From: Escherichia phage ECBP1
Length of the DNA stretch: 64,000 nt
Direction: 5' to 3' (one strand)
Sequence record: NC_018854.1
Positions 36,572-47,385 of this stretch are shown here, piece by piece. Within the stretch, counting starts at the first letter, position 1, and every line of letters starts with the position of its first letter. Position numbers and translations under genes: made by a program. The notes beneath the pieces are model-generated. The model was not told where the DNA came from. It did not search any database and saw only the letters and a program-made list of their open reading frames with translations.

Positions 36572-39500
36572 AGTTAGTAAGGTTGAGCCAAGGGTTCAGG
36601 TTGTGGGCACGTAAGCCTTGACCGAAACCGAAGGAGTAACCGAGATTTCCCTGTGCAGCAATACTAAAGATGTTGTCCTGAATAGGCAGACCAACGTTAC
36701 CAAACATGGTAGGGGTTGGAGCCAACATAGCCATAGCAGCATGGACTGGGTTATTACGAATCATGGACACTGCAACTTTTGCAGAACGAATCTTAAAGTT
36801 ATAGAACCACATCAGACCAACACTTTCCATATACCCACGGAATCGACCAGGCAGACGGTCATAGTTAATGAACTCTTCCGTTACACGCCCCAGTGCTTCT
36901 TCACGAGTCTTACCTTTACGCTGAGTCAGTTCATCATAGATGATTGCTTTAGCAATAAAGTCAGAGTACTCAACCGTCTTCTGAATACCCTGGAAGAGAG
37001 CAGTATCCTTAGTGATAAGTGCATAGCGACCTGCGTTACGAACAGACTTAGGCAGCTTATCAGCCAGCTTTTCCATGTATTCGTGGAGTTTACCTTCAGT
37101 AATCAGGATGTCATCACGACCAATACCAGCATCTGCAATTGAAGAGAACTCACCAGCTTCCAACAGAGGCCAGATACTCAAACGTTTATGGCTATCAGAG
37201 ATGGACTGAATCTCAGCCTTGAGTTTACGAATCTGGTTCGGGTTAGTAGCTGCACGTAATTCTGCTTCTGCATCTACCTGACGCAGACGAGATTTCAGGT
37301 ACTGGTTAATCTCAGCAGTCTTCTGTGAAATGCTCTTAGCAATGTTCTTAACCGGTACACCACGAGCAACCATCTGATAAAGGTTAGCCAGGAAGTTAAC
37401 AGCAGGTACGACTACTGACTTAACCACAATCAGAGTCTTAGCTTCTTTAACTAAGTTCTGAACCAGGTTCTCACCACCCATTACATACTTATAGGCACGG
37501 TTGCCAAAGACACCCAGCATAGCTTTCTTGAAGGTATCCAGTGTTTCTGGTGACCAACGGGAATTACCAGACCAGGCATCACCTACAGAAGCTGCACGAT
37601 AACCCAGAGCATCGTTGAGCATGTCACGACGTACCCATAATTCACCCGGACCAAACAAACTTTCTGCTTTCTGACGGGTTTCACTGTTCATCAGCTTAAG
37701 TGCATCGGCAGTTACTGGGTCCAGTTTAGAACCAAGAAGGTTAACGTACTGGGACTTATTAGAAGCAGACATCTTAATGTCGTTCTCATACATGCTATGC
37801 AGGTTTTCAATCAGCATATCGTTGAATCGCTGAGCCTTAGCTTCTTCCACCTGACGACCACGCCATACACCGATTGCACGAGCAAGATGGTTCTCACCTT
37901 CAATGTGCTTCAGCATGTTAGGGTCAATGGATTGCTCATAAGCAACCACATTACCATTGGCATCATATACAGGCAGCAGTGGTTCATTACCACGTTCACC
38001 ACGAGCCAGTGCTTTAGTGATACGGTCTACGGAAGGCTTGTCAGTGATACGACCAGCTACCATGGTTCCCATAGTAAAGCCCGTACCGAGATCTACACCA
38101 CCAGCAGTATTACGAACGTTCTGTAAGATACCTTGCGAGAAAGGAGCCTGTGCCTGTACTGGTGCAAAGTAGTAGCTACGTGCTGGTCCACGATTAGCAG
38201 AGCTACCCTGATAAGTACCAAGACGTACATAGGATTTCTCAATCAAATCAGCAAACTGACTATCTTCAGCAACAATCAGGTTAACACCCTGCTTGTTCTC
38301 GCTAGGGATATACCCTTTGTACTGGTTCAAGGTTGCACGACTATCAGACTTAGCTTTAGCCATTTCATCTTTACGCTGACCAACCAGATAAGAAGTAGCA
38401 AAGTCCATGCCTTCAATTTCTGTCTGAGCCAGTGAAGATAACATCTCACGGTCAGTCTTATTCATTGCTTCCAGTGCATACAAAGTAATCAGTTTATCCA
38501 ACTGAGCTACATCTACAACAGAACGTGTAGTCTTACGTTCACCCAGTAAACGAGAAATTGCAGTAGCATTACGTAGCAGGTTGTTACCAACCGTACCTTT
38601 AATCATGTACTGAGCCAGTTGCTTAGATTTACGATTAATCAGAGGCCAGTTTCGTCCAGCTTGTTTCTGCAAATCTGCTTCCAGTTTATTAACCTCACGG
38701 TCAACAATCTTTTGGTCAGTCAGCAAGTCACGGATTTCATCCAGAGACATAGTGTCACGCAGAACAGCTAAGTCAGTTTTACCCATACCAGTATGCATTG
38801 CTTTCCACTCTTCATTAGTCAGCTTACGGCTGAACTTAGATGCGATAGTGGTAGGCAAGTGTTCACGGAACTGTTGACGGTCAGCCTGTACCTGTGCACG
38901 TACTGCCTTAATCAAATCATATACAGAAGCATTGCTCTTAGTACGTCCGATTATGTCATTAACCAGGTCATGGAAAGGTTGCCATACTTTACCCTGGTTC
39001 ATTGCAGCCATAACACCTTCGGCTACGATTGCACCATTCTTCTCTGTAGCAATAGCAGCTACCAGTTGTGCAGCATGAACAGCACCTTTGACCAATGGAT
39101 TCTTGGTATTAGCTGCAATTTCACGAGCACCTTCTAAAGCACGGGTAGACAATGCATCAATAGAGTCCACCAAATACTGGTTAGCACGGTCGATAGCATT
39201 ACCGGTAGGAGTAGCAACGGAATCATAGAAGGATTCTGCGTTAAGACTGGTCTGCATGATTGTCTGAGCTAATGCATCCATACCTTCCTGTACGTTAGTG
39301 GCTTTAGTATCACCTGCTACACGAGCGTTCAGACTAGCCATTGCAGCAGTACCGATGTTAGTCAGCATTGCATCAACAGTATTGCCGGATTTCTTATCTG
39401 CTTTCATGACAGGAATATCAGCCAGTACCTTACGTACCTCTTCACTTACCATTGCCAGACCAACAAAGGTAGGTAATAAGGAAGAGCGACCTTGAGCATC

Positions 39501-42500
39501 AAACTCAATGTTATTAGCACCCATGATGGTATCGAACTTCTGCTGTGCATAATAACGGTCAGCAGGGTTAGTACTATCCGGGTCAGCCATAAAAGCTTCA
39601 ACAGTCAGGTTCTTAGTAACATGTGTGTAGTATTCCTGTGCACGAGCCATAGCAGCTGGGTTAATAGCAGCCTCAGTAGCCAGTGCAGCAACAATGTTAG
39701 TAAAGAGGCGTTGTTCCTGCATATTCATGGTGAAGCCATGAGCCTGAACATCACGAGTTACTTTAGTTGCATTCACTACTGCATCAGAAAACTTACCTTT
39801 TCGAATTACTTGCTGTACTGGTTCTGAACCGATGTAGTCAGTAATCAGCTTATCAAAAGTCTTACCTAACTCTTCCAGACGAGTATTGTCACCATATGCT
39901 TTGTTATGGAACAGGGTAGTGTCTTTGGCCACAGCAGCAGTAGGAGCTTGTCCACGCATTACTACAGCAGAGTTAAACAGTAGGCCAGAGAACATATCAT
40001 CTGCATTAGCCGGAGCTTTCTTACGTCCAAATACCAGACGCTTGATTGCTTCATATACAGCCTGAACCATAGCTTTAAGTGCAGTGGTTTTCTTCTGCTT
40101 ACCAATCAATTCACGGTTGGTTAAGCCCCATGCCATGTACTCATTCAATGCAGCAGCTTTAGCCATTGCTGGTTCAATGAAGCCATTAGACAAATGACCA
40201 TTAATGGTATTGAGAGCATCAGCATATGCTTCACGTACTGCCGGGGGTTCATTCTTAACATCCAGAGTACGGAACTGGTTCATCAGGTCTTCAATGTTCT
40301 GGACTGCTTCATTAGGAGTGCCTTCATAGTGAGCCAGTACAGATTCAAAAGTAGAAGCATGAACCAATTCATGAACCAGAGTCTCTAAAGAAGGAGTAAC
40401 TAAATAGATGGTCTTATCATCAAAGTTAGTCCAGCCGTATGCATTACCTGCTTCAGCAGCTTCAATATCTTCCGGTGCTGGGCGAGTAATATTCTTCTCA
40501 ATAGCGTAGGCATCCAGTTGAGAAGGCGTACCATAAACAACCTTGTAGTCTTTAGCAGCAAGGGATTTCTGTACTTCTTTCAATACTGCTTGCTGTTCTG
40601 GAGACATCTCTTTAGCCAGCTTAGTGATAGCAGTATTGGACAACAGACGTACACCAGACTTCAGTACACGACCAACCTGTTCCATTGCCGGTACTTCTTT
40701 AGCTGGTTCTGCTTTAGCAGCACGTACTGCATCACGACGCTTATTTAATTCAGCATCAAACAGTTCGTTCAGCTTTGCTACTTGCTGGTCTACAGTCAGA
40801 CCTTCAAGAGAAATTTTACCGTCGTTCACATATGGAGCACCAACAGCAGCCATCTGGTCAACAGTGACTTGTACCTGGTTCATTACCTTGTGGCGAATAT
40901 CTACACCCAGAGCAATGTTACGCAGGTTACGTTCAATCTGTTCAGCACCAACACGTAACAGGTCATCAGTAGCACCTTCACGCTGGTCATATTCCAGAGC
41001 AGACTTAGCGATAGCCTGTTTGGTTTTATCAGACAGTTTGCTGAAGTCTACATTCTTCATGAACTTAGCGTAGGAGTCATAAACATTCTTGATAGGGTTA
41101 CCCTGCCAGGAAGTATATACAGCCTCATTAGCTTTACGACTTGCATCAGTAATGTCATTGATACCAATGTTCATACCATCAAAGATTTTCAGGGTATTCT
41201 TCGGAGCACCTTTCATAGTAGAAAGGGTCTGCATCATCATGCCATCACCAGTACCGATGGTCATAAATGGAATACCTGCTACACCTGCCTGTGAAGGAGC
41301 ATAGATGCTCATTGGCACACGCATACGGTCATCTAAGTTGGTAGCCAATACTTGGTTAGCAACATCAGTATTCTCACTACCAGCAATGTAGAAAGTCTGG
41401 GAACCAGTCTCAATCATTGGAGCCAATGGAGATAATGATTCCTGGATTTCATTCAATTCTTTCTGTGTTAAAAAATCACCCTTCTTCCATGTTGGGTCTT
41501 TTTCTTTTTCTGCCAGTTTCTCCTGAACACGTTGCTGGAACATGTCTTGCAGAACCAGAGATTGAATCTGGGTAGCTTTCTGCAAGTTCTCAGTAGAGTA
41601 CATCAGACCTTCACCCACGGTATTTCGGATACCAGTACGCATTGGTTCAACGAACAGATGGAGCATATTCTCCTGCAAGTTCTTCAGAGCATTACCTGAT
41701 ACAGTAAACTTCTGAGGGTCTAACTTACCAGTCAGAGCACCATCTACCTGCTGAATAGACAACTCACCTTTACGCATAACCGGAACATTACCAGTTAGTG
41801 CTTCCATAGAAGTAAGGAAAGTATCCAGCATAGCCTGAGCATCAGCCTCAGACGCAGCCTCCTTACCAAACATAGCCATAGCTGGGGAAATGCTAGGGTC
41901 AGCAGCACGGGCTTGTAGAACGTCACTGAATCGTTCATAGATGACATCAGTAATTGCACTAACCATTTTGCCTGCAATACCACGAGCACCAGAACCATAG
42001 ATGGTAATAGTCAGTGGGTTTTTAGCGATACCACGTTTCAGGTCCAGAGTACCATCTTCATTCAAATTAAAGTCTTTAATGAACAGGTCCATTAACTTCT
42101 GGAGATGGTTCATCTGGTTCATAACAGGAACGTTGTTACGGTAAGTACTACGTAATTCATTCAGTGCTTGTTGCAGACCATTAGTGGATGCTTCATACAG
42201 GTCAACGCTGTCCTCATGCGAATGATGCTCGTTCATGGTCTTACCAGCTTTACCGAAGAACAAACCACCTTTGGCAGTATTCTTAATCCAGTCTGGGGTG
42301 AACTTACCACCAGTCATTAATACCATTGCGTTGATTGGTCCGTTGGTTACACCATCAGCTTCAACGTACAGTGGGGTATTAAAGTTGGTACGGTCATCAC
42401 TGTTAAGGTAACGGGCATATTCCATCAGAGCCATAAGAGCTACGAATGATTTATCACTACCCAAAGAAGTCTTCAGAATATCCACTGCATCGGCAGGTAA

Positions 42501-45500
42501 GTGTCCAGACTTATCAAATTCAACCATCATATCAACGGCAGGTTTAAGTTTGCCTTCCAGAGCTTTAGTCAGCTCATCTGACATAACTTCACGGGACATT
42601 TTATGAACTTTGATACCCAATGCCTGAGCCAGTCCAAGCTGGAAGTCAGAGAACGTTTGACTGTTTTCATTACTTAAGTCGATGGTAGAGAAGGTTGGAA
42701 GGATTGCTTCACGAACCAGCTTACTGGATTGTGGGTTGTTCTTACCAAGCATCTGCATACGACCTACACGGGTCATGTTGTAGCCGTAGTGAATAGGTGT
42801 ATCCAGTCCATTCTCCTGTTCCTTAATTTGATTGATTACACCAAACAAGGAATCATACGCCATGGACACGGACAGGTTTTTACCTTCCAGAGACTTAGCA
42901 GTATTCACATTCAGCAATTCTGGATTAAGAGCACCAGCACCCATTAACTCCAGAATGTTGTCACAACCCAATGCTTCATAGAAATTAACCATCGGCATAT
43001 GTACACGAAACTCAGTAGCTTGTTCTGCTTTGAGAGCAGCTTTCTGTTCCGGGGTATTCTTAACAGCCGGGTTACGTAACTGAGTTTGAGCCACGGAAGG
43101 AATGTCATCACCCAGATACAATTTCTCTACTGGTTCTAAAAGGACAGTTTCCTCAATAGCAGTAGGGAATTTATTAATGGCATCGTTATCATCCAGCTTC
43201 TCAATGGTATACAGACCAACAGTCTTATTAGATTCTGGGTCAATCTCAGACACATCTAACATGGACTCTTTAACTTCACCCATCTCAATAAGGGAAGACA
43301 GAATCTCTGTAGCCATTGCCATTGGGATACCCTTGGTATACCCCAGAGGTGCATTAGGATTACGATTCAAACCCCAATAGGATTCAATCTTTTGAGCCAG
43401 TGAGTTAGTAGCTTCAACCAGGGTCTGAGCATTCTCGAAGTCAGCCAGAATACCTTCTGGTAGCAGAGATGCTTCCACACCAGTAATAGCAGCTACGTCT
43501 TTCATGTCTTTAACAGCAGCATTCTGTGTAGCAGTCAATCGCCATTGCAGACCAGCAAGTACAGCAGTTTCTAATAGCTGGTCATTGAACTTAAAGGTGT
43601 CACCATCTTTCTCTACGATGTTAAGTAACTTACCACCTACCCAACGGTTAGCCTCAGTACCTTCCGCAAAACGTTTACCAACGTTCTTGTTAGCAAGGAA
43701 CTTAGCCAGACGGTCAGACAGAGTAGTCTTCAGAGTTTCACCAAACTCAAATAAGTCCTGATAACGCTTAATCACATCACTTGTGAGAGCGTTATTTTCT
43801 TTTTGAGTGAATGCTTCAAAGCGAGCAGCAGAAGACAGTGCTTTCTTAACATCAGTCAAAGGAGATTCAGAACCAATGGTACGAGACTTAGGCTCTTCTG
43901 GTAGGGAAAATGCTTTAAGGAACTGGTTTGGTGTCTTATCATTATTATAGACAGGGAACACTGTTTCCATTTCCGATAAAGGTTTACCACCAACGGTATA
44001 GTCTGCTTTCAGTTGAGCCAGTGATACTTCTTCCTTCTCAACGTTATTGGTATTACGTTCAGACGTATCTACACCAATCTGAATAAGTGCATTGTTTGCT
44101 TCAACGAAAGATTGAACAGTATTGAATTGTTCAGCAGTCAGTTTCTGATTATCAAACAGTTGCAGAGATACAAATGGTTGCTCACTACCTTTATAGAAGG
44201 TAGAGCGAATAGCACCAGTATCCAGAGACATATCACGATAACCATCATGCCCAAATACGTCGGACAAGCTGATATGGTCGCCATTAGAACCAACCACAGT
44301 ACCATCAGCAAACAACCAAGGGCTTTCTCTACGGTCACCATTCTTATTAAGAGTTTCCTGTGAAATAGTATTTTCTTTCACATAAGCATCTCTTTCAGAT
44401 TCAGTAGTAGAGACTTCTTCTGCTTTTGGACTAGTCTCTTTAGTAGGAGCAGTCTTATTTTCTACCACTGGTTTATCTTTAGGCTGTACAGTAGTGGTGT
44501 CCTCTTGCACTAGTGCAGGAGTTTCATCAACCTGATTCACTGGTTCATTAGTCTGTTGAGACTGAGTGGCATCAAGACCACCTTGACGGAACTCTTTAAC
44601 TACCTGGGCAGCTGGCTTGTTCAGACGTGAATCCAACGAGGTAACTTTCACATGAGAAACATTAAGCTCCGGGTAAGCCGTAGCAAGTGCGTTAGCAATG
44701 TCAGCTACGGTCTTAGCTTCCAGTGCTACTTGCTGGGCAAACTTAACAGACTTGGTATCGTAAGGATTGACACCGAGGCCAGTACGACTACGTACCCATT
44801 CACGGGAAGGCGAGAGAGCCTGATAATGAACAGACTTATTCTTATCCGCATTCCCCGAAATCAGATGCTCATTCAACGCTCCGACCTTATTCTGCATGTG
44901 CTGGGCGAACTTCATAAAATCGCTCAGATAAGCGGAGGCCAAATCGAAGTTACCAGAGTTATACGCAGAACGAATGCGTTTCGCATGTTGCAACGCAGAG
45001 TACTGTCCTTCATTAGAACGAGACTCATCGGTTTTAATTTGTTTACTAACAATGTCTTGAGGACGTAAGCCTAGTTCTTCTGCTTTAGCGTCGAACTCTC
45101 GTGCACCCTGTAATAAGGCAGCAGCAGATTGCAGGGCAGCACGTTGACGATTCCCCAGTGTAATCTTACCTTCACTTGCATGTTTCAGAACCATGTTCAC
45201 TGAATCTGCATCCAGCACTTCTGGAGATACATCAGCAGCCATAGCAATGTTGTTTGCTTGGGCTTGATTAGCTTCTTCAGTAGCTTTCAGCTTACCCGCT
45301 TCAGCCTGTTCCTGAATCATGGAATGGATGGCACGAAATGCACGGAGTACTTTAGGGGTATTCTGTACGTTAGCCATCAGGCCGGAGAATTGGTCTACGA
45401 TTGCAGCAGCAGGGGAATCTTGTTCCAGATTAGCCAAAGCACCCGGGTCACGGTTAATGAAGCTATCCATAGACATGATATTGTCATACATCTGGATTGC

Positions 45501-47300
45501 AGCTTCCATTTGAACGTTAGGGTCTTCGGCAGTATTAACCAAGTCAGCCATCTTCTGAATAGCTTCTACACGGTTAGTGGAACCAGAAACAGCTTCACGG
45601 ATTGCTGGGTTAGTTTGTTCCAATTCTACCGGGTCAAACTTCATTGCTTGAGTTAAGTCAGCAGCATACTGGGTAGCAGCAGCTTTCTCTTCTGGAGAAA
45701 TATCCATTGCATCCACTGCTTCCTGAACAGTTGCTTGAGCTTGTTCTGCCTGAGCAGTAGCTTCTTGTGCAGCAGCGTTAACCGTAGCATCAGATACGGG
45801 GGATGCTTGTTCATTACGCTTAGCAACTTCTTCCCCACGTTGAACCAGGATGTTAGTAATAGGAGAAGCTACTTTTGCTAGTGCCTTACCAGCCAAAGAA
45901 GCACCAGCCAGGGTAGTACGTACAGCAGGACCAACGGCAGCACCAGCAGCCTTAACAGTTGCACCAGGAGCTTGAGCAACTCCAGCAGAACCGAAGCCAT
46001 ACAATGCACCAAGACCGGTTTGTTCACCCACACCTTTAAGCAAATCACGCTTAGCATCTACATTACCTTGAATTGCCTTGTTCTGTGCAAACTGACTTGT
46101 ACCAGACTGGATACCTTCTTCTACAGTCTCACGCAGCATGTTAGAACCAGCACCAGCCAGTGAACCTACCTTAAGTGGATTAAGTTCAAACTTGGATACC
46201 AGTGGACCAGTAAGAGCAGCAACCGGAGCAGTTAAGCCAGCAGCAGTAATACCCGTTTCAGATGCAGTCTGGCGACGTGCTTCTTCAGGAGATAAACCGT
46301 CTTTAATATGCTGTTGGTATACAGGAGATTTAGCAGCCAATTCACTGAATGGCATTTCCATAATTTCATTAGCAGTCTGTTGGTATGCACCACCAGCTTC
46401 CATACCACCAATTGCTATAGCAGGTGCAGCAACACGACCAGTAGCTAATGCAGTACGTGCAGGACGTGAACCTAACTCAGCAGCTAAGGTAATGCCTTTA
46501 ACAGCTTTATCACCACCTACCATTACTTTACCGAGTGCAGATACACCACGAATCAATGGACCGCCGGTAAAGAGAGAACCAACACCCTCAGCCAGACCAT
46601 CAGTAGCAGCCATGCCATTGGACAAGGTGTTAGCAACAGAATCGTAAGCATCTCGACCAATGCGAGACAGGGAAGCAACGAGATCACTTTCTCCTTTAGC
46701 AATATCCTGCTTATAGAGTTTCTCGTTTTCCTGTGCAGATATTACGTTCTGGTTCTGTACTACATTACGACGAGCATTTAATGCATCAGACTGTAGGTTG
46801 TGTACACCTTTATTCAACCAGTCAAGACCGGAAGCAATGGTTGCCCCGGCATTATCATTGACCAAGCCTGTACCAAGAGCAGCAATGCCCCCAAGAGTAT
46901 TAGCAACACCAAGACCAACACCAGAAAGGGTATCACCAAGTGCTTCACCATATGTACGACTCTTAGTTAAATCACGACGAACAGCATTAGCTGCATTGAC
47001 ACGAGCATTGAGAATGTCCATTCCTTGCTCATTGCCATACTTGTTTATGATTTCAAGAGGAGAGGCATTAGTAAAATCTGCCTGAAAAGAACCTGGGTCA
47101 AATGCACCAGCACCTAAGTTACCAGCACGGCCTGCCTGTAATTGGTAAGCGTTCTGTGGGGTTAGTTGGAAGGGGCTTTGCCCTTGTTCAGCTTGTTTCC
47201 GAGAGGTTGCAGTAGAGACATCGACTTGCTTAGCAGTAGTGATGCTGTCTGCGAAACCTGCCAGACGGTCAAATGTTGACATAGCATGATTCCTGTTCAA
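36570..47300 (-). CDS. virion-encapsidated RNA polymerase (N4 gp50-like giant vRNAP)
   Basis: 3576 aa; T7-like RNAP motifs LYVEADGVTNGPINAM, TITIYGSGARG and KIFDGMNIG in the central region. Confidence 0.85.
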   Translation of the reverse strand: MNRNHAMSTFDRLAGFADSITTAKQVDVSTATSRKQAEQGQSPFQLTPQNAYQLQAGRAGNLGAGAFDPGSFQADFTNASPLEIINKYGNEQGMDILNARVNAANAVRRDLTKSRTYGEALGDTLSGVGLGVANTLGGIAALGTGLVNDNAGATIASGLDWLNKGVHNLQSDALNARRNVVQNQNVISAQENEKLYKQDIAKGESDLVASLSRIGRDAYDSVANTLSNGMAATDGLAEGVGSLFTGGPLIRGVSALGKVMVGGDKAVKGITLAAELGSRPARTALATGRVAAPAIAIGGMEAGGAYQQTANEIMEMPFSELAAKSPVYQQHIKDGLSPEEARRQTASETGITAAGLTAPVAALTGPLVSKFELNPLKVGSLAGAGSNMLRETVEEGIQSGTSQFAQNKAIQGNVDAKRDLLKGVGEQTGLGALYGFGSAGVAQAPGATVKAAGAAVGPAVRTTLAGASLAGKALAKVASPITNILVQRGEEVAKRNEQASPVSDATVNAAAQEATAQAEQAQATVQEAVDAMDISPEEKAAATQYAADLTQAMKFDPVELEQTNPAIREAVSGSTNRVEAIQKMADLVNTAEDPNVQMEAAIQMYDNIMSMDSFINRDPGALANLEQDSPAAAIVDQFSGLMANVQNTPKVLRAFRAIHSMIQEQAEAGKLKATEEANQAQANNIAMAADVSPEVLDADSVNMVLKHASEGKITLGNRQRAALQSAAALLQGAREFDAKAEELGLRPQDIVSKQIKTDESRSNEGQYSALQHAKRIRSAYNSGNFDLASAYLSDFMKFAQHMQNKVGALNEHLISGNADKNKSVHYQALSPSREWVRSRTGLGVNPYDTKSVKFAQQVALEAKTVADIANALATAYPELNVSHVKVTSLDSRLNKPAAQVVKEFRQGGLDATQSQQTNEPVNQVDETPALVQEDTTTVQPKDKPVVENKTAPTKETSPKAEEVSTTESERDAYVKENTISQETLNKNGDRRESPWLFADGTVVGSNGDHISLSDVFGHDGYRDMSLDTGAIRSTFYKGSEQPFVSLQLFDNQKLTAEQFNTVQSFVEANNALIQIGVDTSERNTNNVEKEEVSLAQLKADYTVGGKPLSEMETVFPVYNNDKTPNQFLKAFSLPEEPKSRTIGSESPLTDVKKALSSAARFEAFTQKENNALTSDVIKRYQDLFEFGETLKTTLSDRLAKFLANKNVGKRFAEGTEANRWVGGKLLNIVEKDGDTFKFNDQLLETAVLAGLQWRLTATQNAAVKDMKDVAAITGVEASLLPEGILADFENAQTLVEATNSLAQKIESYWGLNRNPNAPLGYTKGIPMAMATEILSSLIEMGEVKESMLDVSEIDPESNKTVGLYTIEKLDDNDAINKFPTAIEETVLLEPVEKLYLGDDIPSVAQTQLRNPAVKNTPEQKAALKAEQATEFRVHMPMVNFYEALGCDNILELMGAGALNPELLNVNTAKSLEGKNLSVSMAYDSLFGVINQIKEQENGLDTPIHYGYNMTRVGRMQMLGKNNPQSSKLVREAILPTFSTIDLSNENSQTFSDFQLGLAQALGIKVHKMSREVMSDELTKALEGKLKPAVDMMVEFDKSGHLPADAVDILKTSLGSDKSFVALMALMEYARYLNSDDRTNFNTPLYVEADGVTNGPINAMVLMTGGKFTPDWIKNTAKGGLFFGKAGKTMNEHHSHEDSVDLYEASTNGLQQALNELRSTYRNNVPVMNQMNHLQKLMDLFIKDFNLNEDGTLDLKRGIAKNPLTITIYGSGARGIAGKMVSAITDVIYERFSDVLQARAADPSISPAMAMFGKEAASEADAQAMLDTFLTSMEALTGNVPVMRKGELSIQQVDGALTGKLDPQKFTVSGNALKNLQENMLHLFVEPMRTGIRNTVGEGLMYSTENLQKATQIQSLVLQDMFQQRVQEKLAEKEKDPTWKKGDFLTQKELNEIQESLSPLAPMIETGSQTFYIAGSENTDVANQVLATNLDDRMRVPMSIYAPSQAGVAGIPFMTIGTGDGMMMQTLSTMKGAPKNTLKIFDGMNIGINDITDASRKANEAVYTSWQGNPIKNVYDSYAKFMKNVDFSKLSDKTKQAIAKSALEYDQREGATDDLLRVGAEQIERNLRNIALGVDIRHKVMNQVQVTVDQMAAVGAPYVNDGKISLEGLTVDQQVAKLNELFDAELNKRRDAVRAAKAEPAKEVPAMEQVGRVLKSGVRLLSNTAITKLAKEMSPEQQAVLKEVQKSLAAKDYKVVYGTPSQLDAYAIEKNITRPAPEDIEAAEAGNAYGWTNFDDKTIYLVTPSLETLVHELVHASTFESVLAHYEGTPNEAVQNIEDLMNQFRTLDVKNEPPAVREAYADALNTINGHLSNGFIEPAMAKAAALNEYMAWGLTNRELIGKQKKTTALKAMVQAVYEAIKRLVFGRKKAPANADDMFSGLLFNSAVVMRGQAPTAAVAKDTTLFHNKAYGDNTRLEELGKTFDKLITDYIGSEPVQQVIRKGKFSDAVVNATKVTRDVQAHGFTMNMQEQRLFTNIVAALATEAAINPAAMARAQEYYTHVTKNLTVEAFMADPDSTNPADRYYAQQKFDTIMGANNIEFDAQGRSSLLPTFVGLAMVSEEVRKVLADIPVMKADKKSGNTVDAMLTNIGTAAMASLNARVAGDTKATNVQEGMDALAQTIMQTSLNAESFYDSVATPTGNAIDRANQYLVDSIDALSTRALEGAREIAANTKNPLVKGAVHAAQLVAAIATEKNGAIVAEGVMAAMNQGKVWQPFHDLVNDIIGRTKSNASVYDLIKAVRAQVQADRQQFREHLPTTIASKFSRKLTNEEWKAMHTGMGKTDLAVLRDTMSLDEIRDLLTDQKIVDREVNKLEADLQKQAGRNWPLINRKSKQLAQYMIKGTVGNNLLRNATAISRLLGERKTTRSVVDVAQLDKLITLYALEAMNKTDREMLSSLAQTEIEGMDFATSYLVGQRKDEMAKAKSDSRATLNQYKGYIPSENKQGVNLIVAEDSQFADLIEKSYVRLGTYQGSSANRGPARSYYFAPVQAQAPFSQGILQNVRNTAGGVDLGTGFTMGTMVAGRITDKPSVDRITKALARGERGNEPLLPVYDANGNVVAYEQSIDPNMLKHIEGENHLARAIGVWRGRQVEEAKAQRFNDMLIENLHSMYENDIKMSASNKSQYVNLLGSKLDPVTADALKLMNSETRQKAESLFGPGELWVRRDMLNDALGYRAASVGDAWSGNSRWSPETLDTFKKAMLGVFGNRAYKYVMGGENLVQNLVKEAKTLIVVKSVVVPAVNFLANLYQMVARGVPVKNIAKSISQKTAEINQYLKSRLRQVDAEAELRAATNPNQIRKLKAEIQSISDSHKRLSIWPLLEAGEFSSIADAGIGRDDILITEGKLHEYMEKLADKLPKSVRNAGRYALITKDTALFQGIQKTVEYSDFIAKAIIYDELTQRKGKTREEALGRVTEEFINYDRLPGRFRGYMESVGLMWFYNFKIRSAKVAVSMIRNNPVHAAMAMLAPTPTMFGNVGLPIQDNIFSIAAQGNLGYSFGFGQGLRAHNLNPWLNLTN

Positions 47301-47341
47301 ACTTATATCGTATAAGAAGATTCACTGTACAGTAAGTGAAT

Positions 47342-47368
47342 GTAAGAGAAAAGCCCCGGATGGGGCTT
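47342..47368 (-). terminator. hairpin terminator/attenuator upstream of the vRNAP gene
   Basis: aagcccc-ggat-ggggctt; on the minus strand followed by ttttctctt. Confidence 0.45.
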
Positions 47369-47385
47369 TATTAGTATGTAAGATT

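Noticed and set aside
36618-47085. Plus-strand ORFs of 60-170 aa inside the vRNAP gene (e.g. 36618-37142, 40624-41073, 46138-46647)
   Set aside because: They are antisense to a continuous 3576-aa minus-strand ORF with recognisable RNAP motifs, and have low-complexity or Ser/Thr/Cys-rich composition typical of antisense frames.
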